Source of the DNA: Verrucomicrobiota bacterium
GTDB taxonomy: Bacteria; Verrucomicrobiota; Verrucomicrobiia; Chthoniobacterales; Chthoniobacteraceae
Length of the DNA: 64,000 nt
Direction: 5' to 3'
Assembly (NCBI GenBank): GCA_009885995.1
Contig: VFJQ01000050.1
Span: 8,088 to 72,087 of the forward strand
Shown here: positions 36,238 to 43,534 of the stretch, in pieces
Numbering within the stretch: position 1 is the stretch's first letter
Layout: the number at the start of each line of letters is the position of its first letter
Position numbers and translations under genes: made by a program
Notes under the pieces: model-generated
Databases searched by the model: none
What the model saw: only the letters and a program-made list of their open reading frames with translations
Told to the model about the DNA's origin: nothing

Positions 36238-37050
36238 CTATGCCGCGTGCTGAGCGTCGAATGCCGCGACCTGGCCAAGGATGACCTCGGCAAAGAGCGG
36301 CTCGGTGCCGATGGCGCTGGCGTAGTAGAGGGTGTGGCCGCGCAGGTGGTAGGGATTGCGTTGAAAAATGTTCTTCGCGTTCGTGCTCGCCGCGCCGGGC
36401 GATTCGTCGGCGATGCCGAGCAGGACCGGGATGTCTTCGTAGCTGTGCAGCCCGTCGGAGATGAAGAACGGGACGACGATCACGTTCGGGTGTGCGGCCG
36501 CTTCGTGCCATTTCGAGATGAGCGGTTCCTCTTCCATGTAAGCATTGAGCACCTGCCCGAACTGCCCGAGCGCCGCGATGCGCTCGACCTCGCGCTTGGC
36601 GGCGACGGCGGAGTTTTCGTTCAAGTCCGTGCCGTGGCCGACGATGAAGAGCGTGGTCTCGCGCGGATTGAGCCCCGGTGCGACTTCCGCCGCGCGGCGC
36701 AGGAGCAGCTCGGTCATGCGCTCGTGGTTGCCGACGGGGTCGCAGTATTTGATCACGCGCCCGCTGCGCTTGGTGATCGCGCCTTCCAGCTCGAGCTCGC
36801 GCGGGATGACCGTGCGGGTGAAGTAACCCTCGCTGATGAAATTCGGCACCACGTAGATGTCGTCGCGATCGATGGCGTGGAGGATTTGCTGAAAGCTCGG
36901 CTCCTCCTTCCAAAAGCAGCAATGCACCTCGCCGAAGACGCCGCGCCGCACGATCTCCTCGGCGTGGTCGAAAGTTGGCGCGCTCGAGTCCGTGTTCACG
37001 GTCGAGCCGTGGCCGGCGATCACGAGCGCACTGTCGGGTTTGTGGAGCAT
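36238..37050 (-). CDS. cbiX: Sirohydrochlorin chelatase, CbiX type (two-domain)
   Basis: ATG at 37050 (MLHKPDSALVIAGHGS). The second half repeats the motif (TLFIVGHGTDL...VIVVPFFISDGLH). The first half has YVVPNFISEGYF. Confidence 0.85.
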   Translation of the reverse strand: MLHKPDSALVIAGHGSTVNTDSSAPTFDHAEEIVRRGVFGEVHCCFWKEEPSFQQILHAIDRDDIYVVPNFISEGYFTRTVIPRELELEGAITKRSGRVIKYCDPVGNHERMTELLLRRAAEVAPGLNPRETTLFIVGHGTDLNENSAVAAKREVERIAALGQFGQVLNAYMEEEPLISKWHEAAAHPNVIVVPFFISDGLHSYEDIPVLLGIADESPGAASTNAKNIFQRNPYHLRGHTLYYASAIGTEPLFAEVILGQVAAFDAQHAA

Positions 37051-37176
37051 GGGAAGGCGTTGGGCCAAGTCGTGCGCGTGCGCAAGTCGATTGGTTGAAG
37101 GATTCGCGCTGACACAGGGCACCGATGATGCTTGAACCGGCTTGCCAACTTCCAACCACCAACCACTGCCCGACCT

Positions 37177-40100
37177 ATGTGCGTATCGCCGCGTCTCTGC
37201 CTCTCCACGATCGAACCCCTCGAAGCCCGCATCGCCCCGGCCCTGCTCGTCTATGGAGCGAACCTCCTCGGAGGTAGCGACAACCCGAGCACCGGCGAGG
37301 CGTCCATCGGCAGCACCGATGTCACGCTGGTGAAAGTGCTCTCGGGCAAAGCCGTCGTCTGGTATGACGGCAACGACATCACCGGCATTTCCTTCGGCCC
37401 CGGCGCTTCGCTCGACATCACCGGCGACATCGACGGCGACATCGTGGGCAACCTGACCGCCGACGGCTTGCTCTCCGATTCCGACGGCCTCGCCAGCACT
37501 GGTGAAGACGGTGGTGAACTTCTCGCCAACAATCTGGCCGGCCTCACGATCCGCTCGCTGGGCACCCAGGAAGGCAATGTGGGGAATGTGCTGACCGGCG
37601 GCACGATCTCGAACGTGAAGATCTCGGGCAGAGTCGCGGGCATCTACGCGGGCGACGGCGTCTTCCGCATGGAGTCTGAAATCGGCACCACCGGCACCGT
37701 CACGCTCGATGTGAAGATCGACGTGAATCCCGTGCAACCCGGCGTGCTTACGACGTTCACGCTAGCGAAGACGGATGCCTCCTTCACGGCGGGCGCGGGG
37801 GTCGCCAATGTGGCGATCGGCACGGCAAAGTCGCTGCAGCTCTTCGCCGGCAACGGCGACCCCACAGGCACCGGCTCGGCAGCCGCTGCGGGCAAAGCGG
37901 GCGGCAGCGTCTCGAACGTGAAGATAGACACCGCCTTCATCGAAGCCGGGGGCGGCGCGACCAGCTATTCCATCATCGCCGGCGACGGCGGTGCGGGCTC
38001 GACCGGCGGCGCGGGCGGCAGCGTCCGCCACGTCATCGAAGCGCAATCCGCCGTGCAGGCCGAGGTGACTGCGGGCGACGGCGGCGCGGGCCTGACCGGC
38101 CGCGGCGGCGCGGGCGGCAGCGCCACCCAGCTCGATCTCCAGGGCGACAACACGAGCTACAGCGTCACCGCGGGCAACGGCGGCACCGGCGCACCGGGCG
38201 GCGCGGGCGGCAGCATCCAGTCGAGCAATTTCGCCGGCAAGAACCCGAGCACGGCCATCGTCATCACGGGCGACTTCGACGGCGACGATGTGGACGACGT
38301 GATCGTCATCGACTCGGGCACGGGCAAGTTTGTGCTCTCGATCAATTCGGGCGACGGCTCGACTTTCACCCCGCAGAACCAGCACATCGCCCCCGAAGCG
38401 CAGCTCGTGGCCTCGCTGGGCGCCACGCCGATCGATGCTGCTGCGTCCGACCTCGATGGCGATGGCGATCTCGACCTCGTGGTCGCCTACGCGAACAGCA
38501 GCAGCCTCGGCCTCTATTTCAACGACGCGAAGTTCGACGACGGCACCGGCGTCTTTTATGGGCCGGGCGATGTGCTGAATGGCACGACCTTCGACCTCGG
38601 CATCACCCCGGAGCGCATCGCCGTCGGCAAGTTCGCCGATACCGCGACACCCGACGTGGCCGTCTTTTCGACCTTTGGAGGCAATTCGTCGGTCTCCGTC
38701 TTCGTCGGCGCGGTTGATGGCATGGGCGCCTTCAGCCTCAGCCGCCTGCCGGGGCAGACGCTGCTCGATGGCGTGCCGACCGATCTCGTCGTCACCGACG
38801 AGCCCGTGGGTGCCGACCGGATCTACATCGCCATGGGCGCTTCGCTCGCCACCCTCGCACCCGGTAACCCCGGACCCGCCGGTCCGTTCCGCGTGATCGA
38901 GCACGACATCATCATCGACGGTGGCGTCGTGAGCCTCGACCTGGACTTTGAAAATGACCGGCTCGTCGTCCTCAGCGGCGGCGGTGCAGCGCCGCAAAGT
39001 CTTTATGCCATCACCATCAAGAGCGTCGCGGTCCTCGAGACCGAGAGCATCACTCCACTGACCCTCGAGAAGCCGGGCCAGGTCCTCGACGCACGCTTCA
39101 TCTACGACGCCGACCACGAGCGGTTCGACGACGTGGTCGTGCTCCAGACCCTCGCCAACGCCCGCGGCACCGTCCTCCAGCGCTACACGTCAGGGATCAC
39201 GACGGACGAGCTCGGCAAAGAGGTGCAGACCTATTCCCCTGCCGACGCGCTCGAGACGAGCACCGTGCTCAAGACGCTGGCCATCGTGAACCAAGAACTC
39301 ACCACAACCTTCGACAGCCGCAACGAACATCTCACGCAGGGATTCGCCTTGATCGGCACGGCCACCACGAGGTTCTCGTTCGCTCCGGCCAGCTTCGCCA
39401 GCATCGAGACCACCGAGCTGCCCTTTGCCCCCAAGACCGTGAATCTCCTCGCCGGCAATGGCGGCAACGGGCTCGACCTCGGCACCAAGATCGGCGCCGG
39501 GGGCGACGGCGGCGCGATCCGCACGGTGAACCTCCAATCGGGCACCGGTCTGCTCGCGGCGGGCGACGGCGGCGACAGCATGAAGGGCGCAGCCGGCGCG
39601 GGCGGCAGCGTGAGCAACGCGGCGACCTTCGTCAGCGCTTCCGGGCAGCTCATCACGCCAGTCTTCAAAGTAGATAAAGGCATCTCCATCTTCGGCGGCG
39701 ACGGTGGCTCCGCGACGGGCGTCGCCGTGCGCACGGCCCACGGTGGCGCGGGCGGCGCGGTGACGAATCTCTCCATCGACAGCATCAGCGGCCAGATCGT
39801 CCTCACCGGCGGCGACGGCGGTGTCGGATCGTCCGGCAAAGGCGGCGCGGGCGGCAAGATCGCGAGCATGGAGATCGAGGCCGACGACAGCGACCTCCTC
39901 GCGACCGCTGGGTCGGGCGGCGCCAGCGGGTCCGGCGCCTTCGCCGGCGGCAAGGGCGGCGAGATCGCAAAGGTGACCTTCCTCCTCAATCGTCCGATTG
40001 AGTTCGAGAAAGCCGCCGGGCATCCGGGTATCGTCTCCTTCAAGGCCGGAGACGGCGGATCGTCGGTCGGCGGGGCCGGCGGCGCAGGCGGCGGGGCGAG

Positions 40101-41646
40101 CGGGCTGACCTTGACCGTCGATGGCGCGCCAGTTGCCGGAAATGACACCACGATCACGATCAGCATCACCGGTGGCAACGGCGCCAATGGCACGATCGGC
40201 GGCGCGGGCGGCGGGATCAAAACCGTGCGCACGGAGTCCATCCACGATGATTTGACCGACAGCGGCACCCCCATCCTCAGCCGGGTCGTCCTCAAAATGA
40301 CCGGCGGCAACGGCGGCAACGGCTCCGCCGGGAATGGCGGCGACGGCGGTGCGATCGCCCTGAGCGGCAAGAGCAACCTCAACGGGATCACCTTTTACGA
40401 TGATGATTCCGACGTGTTCGATCCGATGTCGCCGGACTTCGACCCCACGCCCTACCCGCTCGCGATCTACGGCGGCGACGCCGGTGCGGGCTCGGTCCGC
40501 GGCGGCACAGGCGGATCGATCAGCGGCGTCGTCGCGCAAAATTCACTCTTCGATGTGCTCTCGCAGAGCCCGAGCTTCATCACCGGCACTCACCTTCAAG
40601 CCGCGCTGCTCAAAGCAGGCGCGGGTGGCAACGGCGGCTCCGGCGATGGCGGCAAAGGTGGCGATGTCACCAAGGCACGCATCGGCGTCGAAGGCGGCCC
40701 GCTTTACATCTACGCGGGCAACGCGGGCGCCGGCGGCACCACCGGTGGCGCCGCGGCAGCCAAGGCCAAGGGCGGCAACGGCGGCTCCGTCTCGAAGAGC
40801 CTGCTCGGCAGCGTCGGCACCGGCGCCTTCGTCGCGCTCTACGTGGAAGGCGGTGACGCTGGCCCCGGTGTGGCGGCTGGTGGACTCGGCGGCGGGCTCA
40901 CGAGCTTGGAGATCAACGCGCCCGCCCGCGAGGCGTTCCGCTCCGCGGAACTGATCGCCGGACACGGCGGTAACGCCTCGGCCGCGAACGGCGTCGGAGG
41001 CAAGGGCGGCAGCATCGCGAGCATCACCCAGAGCAAGGATCTCAACGCCTCGCTCGATCTCCTGCTCGCCGGCAATGGCGGCAACGCCCCCGCCAAGGGC
41101 GGCGACGGCGGCGATGTCCGCGGCATCCGCGTGGCCGGCTATATCGGCAAGCCGTCCGCCACCACGATCGTCCTGCCCGGCGCTGCCGCAGACCCGCTAG
41201 ATCCGCTCCCGCCCTCGATCGACGAGAAGCTGGGCGTCTTCGAGCGGATCCTCATCGACACCGACAACGACCCGATGACGCCGCCCGACGTGTCCGCGAT
41301 TTTCGTCCAGGGCCTCTTTTCGGGCCGCGGCGGCACTGGCACGACAGCCGGGATCAACGGTGCAGTGGCCGATGTCACCGCGCGCGGGATCGCCGCCATC
41401 GCCGCCGCACCGAGCGCGATCACGAGCACAGGCACCCCGATCCTCTTCGCCGCAGCCAGCTCGGTCACCAAAGTCACCGCGCGCATCATCGGCTACGACA
41501 TCGGTGTCGTCGGCGCGTTCGACTCCACCGGCGTCCCCGGCCCGGGCAATTCGCCCACGGTCTCCCAACCGATCGACGGCTTCATCCTCGCGCAAGCATT
41601 GGTGAAGGTGACGGGCAACCTCGCAGCCTTCACGAACCCGGTCTAG
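37177..41646 (+). CDS. Large (about 1,489 aa) secreted Gly-rich repeat protein with a central FG-GAP/VCBS-like region
   Basis: ATG at 37177 (MCVSPRLCLSTIEPLEARIAPALL). There are 17 units of the type AGDGGAGSTGGAGGSVRHV. The FG-GAP-like segments are TGDFDGDDVDDVIVID, ASDLDGDGDLDLVVAY and VGKFADTATPDVAVFS. The start could instead be 37132. Confidence 0.85.
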   Translation: MCVSPRLCLSTIEPLEARIAPALLVYGANLLGGSDNPSTGEASIGSTDVTLVKVLSGKAVVWYDGNDITGISFGPGASLDITGDIDGDIVGNLTADGLLSDSDGLASTGEDGGELLANNLAGLTIRSLGTQEGNVGNVLTGGTISNVKISGRVAGIYAGDGVFRMESEIGTTGTVTLDVKIDVNPVQPGVLTTFTLAKTDASFTAGAGVANVAIGTAKSLQLFAGNGDPTGTGSAAAAGKAGGSVSNVKIDTAFIEAGGGATSYSIIAGDGGAGSTGGAGGSVRHVIEAQSAVQAEVTAGDGGAGLTGRGGAGGSATQLDLQGDNTSYSVTAGNGGTGAPGGAGGSIQSSNFAGKNPSTAIVITGDFDGDDVDDVIVIDSGTGKFVLSINSGDGSTFTPQNQHIAPEAQLVASLGATPIDAAASDLDGDGDLDLVVAYANSSSLGLYFNDAKFDDGTGVFYGPGDVLNGTTFDLGITPERIAVGKFADTATPDVAVFSTFGGNSSVSVFVGAVDGMGAFSLSRLPGQTLLDGVPTDLVVTDEPVGADRIYIAMGASLATLAPGNPGPAGPFRVIEHDIIIDGGVVSLDLDFENDRLVVLSGGGAAPQSLYAITIKSVAVLETESITPLTLEKPGQVLDARFIYDADHERFDDVVVLQTLANARGTVLQRYTSGITTDELGKEVQTYSPADALETSTVLKTLAIVNQELTTTFDSRNEHLTQGFALIGTATTRFSFAPASFASIETTELPFAPKTVNLLAGNGGNGLDLGTKIGAGGDGGAIRTVNLQSGTGLLAAGDGGDSMKGAAGAGGSVSNAATFVSASGQLITPVFKVDKGISIFGGDGGSATGVAVRTAHGGAGGAVTNLSIDSISGQIVLTGGDGGVGSSGKGGAGGKIASMEIEADDSDLLATAGSGGASGSGAFAGGKGGEIAKVTFLLNRPIEFEKAAGHPGIVSFKAGDGGSSVGGAGGAGGGASGLTLTVDGAPVAGNDTTITISITGGNGANGTIGGAGGGIKTVRTESIHDDLTDSGTPILSRVVLKMTGGNGGNGSAGNGGDGGAIALSGKSNLNGITFYDDDSDVFDPMSPDFDPTPYPLAIYGGDAGAGSVRGGTGGSISGVVAQNSLFDVLSQSPSFITGTHLQAALLKAGAGGNGGSGDGGKGGDVTKARIGVEGGPLYIYAGNAGAGGTTGGAAAAKAKGGNGGSVSKSLLGSVGTGAFVALYVEGGDAGPGVAAGGLGGGLTSLEINAPAREAFRSAELIAGHGGNASAANGVGGKGGSIASITQSKDLNASLDLLLAGNGGNAPAKGGDGGDVRGIRVAGYIGKPSATTIVLPGAAADPLDPLPPSIDEKLGVFERILIDTDNDPMTPPDVSAIFVQGLFSGRGGTGTTAGINGAVADVTARGIAAIAAAPSAITSTGTPILFAAASSVTKVTARIIGYDIGVVGAFDSTGVPGPGNSPTVSQPIDGFILAQALVKVTGNLAAFTNPV
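39445..41140 (+). repeat. Degenerate in-frame Gly-rich repeat array (14 units; a further 3 units at about 37950-38225)
   Basis: Unit pattern is [AG]G[DNSH][GA]G ... G-x-[AG]G-x-GG-x-[IVAL]-x-x-[VLIAM]. Examples are AGDGGDSMKGAAGAGGSVSNA, GGDGGVGSSGKGGAGGKIASM, GGNGGNGSAGNGGDGGAIAL and AGNGGNAPAKGGDGGDVRGI. Confidence 0.85.
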
Positions 41647-41700
41647 CGTCCGGCCAAGTTGGGCGTTGGAAGCGAGGCGCGCGCCGTGCATAACGGCGCG

Positions 41701-42558
41701 ATGCGCTTCCTCATCCCGCTCCTCCTCATCGCGAGCTGCGCGCTCGCCGCGGACGACTACAAATCCGACTCGCCCGACCAGCAAGAGCAGCCCGGCGTGC
41801 CGAAGGGCACGTTGACGAAGATGCCGCCGTGGCAGTCGCAGATCTTCGCCGGCACCACGCGCGACTGGTGGGTGTATGTGCCTGCGCAGTTCAAGCCGGA
41901 CGGGTCCGCCGCACTCATGGTCTTTCAGGACGGCCACGACTACATCGGGCCGAAGGGCAACTGGCGCGTGCCGATCGTCTTCGACAATCTCATCGCCCGC
42001 AGCGAGCTCCCGCCCATCGTCGCCGTCTTCATCAACCCCGGCCACGACGCGACGAAGCCCGCGCCGCAGAGTCCGTGGAAGGTCTCCAATCGCAGCGCCG
42101 AATACGACTCGCTCGGCGACCGTTATGCGCGCTTCCTCATCGAGGAAATCCTGCCCGAAGTGCGCAAGCAGTGGCCCTTCTCCGACGACCCGGCGAAGCG
42201 CGCGATCTGCGGCGCGTCGAGCGGCGGCATCTGCTCGTTCACCGTCGCGTGGGAGCGGCCGGATCAGTTCCGCAAAGTGCTTTCGACCATCGGCAGCTTC
42301 ACGAACATCCGCGGCGGAAATGCGTATCCGTATTTGATCCGCAAGACCGAGCACCAACCGTTGCGCGTCTTCCTCCAGGACGGCGCGGGCGATGTGGACA
42401 ACCAGTTCGGCAACTGGCCGCTCGCCAACCAGATGATGGCCAAGTCGCTCGACTACATGGGCTACGACGTGCGCTTCGAGTTCGGCGACGGCGCGCACAA
42501 CTCCAAGCACGGCGGCTCGATCTTCCCCGACGCCGTCCGCTGGCTCTGGCGGAAGTAG
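41701..42558 (+). CDS. Secreted alpha/beta-hydrolase of the 'putative esterase' (esterase D / enterochelin-esterase-like) family
   Basis: ATG at 41701 gives the signal peptide MRFLIPLLLIASCALA. Also DWWVYVPAQF...ALMVFQDGHDY, the nucleophile elbow ICGASSGGICSF, and a C-terminal GDGAHN. Confidence 0.82.
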   Translation: MRFLIPLLLIASCALAADDYKSDSPDQQEQPGVPKGTLTKMPPWQSQIFAGTTRDWWVYVPAQFKPDGSAALMVFQDGHDYIGPKGNWRVPIVFDNLIARSELPPIVAVFINPGHDATKPAPQSPWKVSNRSAEYDSLGDRYARFLIEEILPEVRKQWPFSDDPAKRAICGASSGGICSFTVAWERPDQFRKVLSTIGSFTNIRGGNAYPYLIRKTEHQPLRVFLQDGAGDVDNQFGNWPLANQMMAKSLDYMGYDVRFEFGDGAHNSKHGGSIFPDAVRWLWRK

Positions 42559-42562
42559 CGGC

Positions 42563-43456
42563 TCAGTTCTTCCGTGCCGGCTCTTTGCCCGGCAGATCGG
42601 CGAAGAGGATGCTGCTCTTGAACGCGCCCGCCGCGAACGCCGAAGGACGCACATCGTGATCCTCCGTGCCGCTCGCCTGGATCACCAGCCGCGCCGCCGC
42701 GGATGGCGGCCTCTGCGGCACGAGTTCGACCTTCGCCGGCTTGCGCTGCGCGACGAGCACCGGCTCGACTTTCTTCTCCGGCACGGGCTCGGTCCTCGGC
42801 GCCGCCTTCTCATCCTTCCGCTGCGCGACCACGACCGGCTCCTTCGTCTTCACCGGTTCCTTCGCCGCGATGATCGGCGGCGGCGGGGGCGGCGACCAGC
42901 GTTCGGCGCGCGGCAGCTTCTCCTGCTGGATGTTCACGATCGAGCCCATCGGCACGGCCTCAAAGAGGTCCAGCACGTCCCGCGATTTCATGCGGATGCA
43001 GCCGTAGCTGACCGGCTTTCCGATCTTCGACTCCTCGACCGTGCCGTGGATGTAGATGCCGCGATTGCGCGCGTTGTCGTTGCTGGCCTCCAGCCCTTCG
43101 AGCCAGATGATGCGCGTGACGATCGGGTCGCGACCGCGCGCATTCACCGGCAGGATTTCCCCGGTCGGATTGCGATGCCGCATGACGGAGCCGGGCGGCA
43201 ATCCCTCGCCGATCTTGTCGCACACGCGCAGCTTGCCGAGCGGCGTTTTGTAGCTGCCGTAGCTGTCGCCGAGGCCGAACTTCGAGGTCGAAACCGGGAA
43301 CCGATGCGTCCACATCCCGTCGCGCAGCACCATCAGTTTCTGTTCCGAGACGCTGATGATCACTTCGACTTTCTCCTCGACCTCCTGCGCCCAAGCCGGG
43401 GCCGCGGCGAGCGCGATGAGTAAGATGGCGGTGAGCCTGAAGATCGAACCCTGCAT
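42563..43456 (-). CDS. L,D-transpeptidase (YkuD domain) with a Pro/Lys-rich C-terminal tail
   Basis: ATG at 43456 gives the signal peptide MQGSIFRLTAILLIALAAAPAWA. The YkuD core is VSTSKFGLGDSYGSYKTPLG...GIYIHGT...SYGCIRM, with catalytic His and Cys. Confidence 0.88.
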   Translation of the reverse strand: MQGSIFRLTAILLIALAAAPAWAQEVEEKVEVIISVSEQKLMVLRDGMWTHRFPVSTSKFGLGDSYGSYKTPLGKLRVCDKIGEGLPPGSVMRHRNPTGEILPVNARGRDPIVTRIIWLEGLEASNDNARNRGIYIHGTVEESKIGKPVSYGCIRMKSRDVLDLFEAVPMGSIVNIQQEKLPRAERWSPPPPPPIIAAKEPVKTKEPVVVAQRKDEKAAPRTEPVPEKKVEPVLVAQRKPAKVELVPQRPPSAAARLVIQASGTEDHDVRPSAFAAGAFKSSILFADLPGKEPARKN

Positions 43457-43534
43457 GACGGGCGCGCTTCTAGCCGCGATGCGTGGACCGGGCAAGGCTC
43501 GTTTCCATCCTCCCGGGTCGATCCGTCAACCCGC

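Noticed and set aside
37762-40539. Minus-strand ORFs of 451 aa (37762..39117), 449 aa (39190..40539) and 386 aa (39231..40391).
   Set aside because: They are antisense to the Gly-rich repeat gene. GGC-rich codons read as GCC (Ala) or CCG (Pro) on the other strand, giving long open but meaningless frames.
39445-41140. Whether the repetitive GGCGGC-rich DNA is a CRISPR array or a non-coding tandem repeat.
   Set aside because: The repeats are degenerate at DNA level, variable in length and in frame within one long ORF. There are no identical direct repeats with unique spacers and no cas genes.
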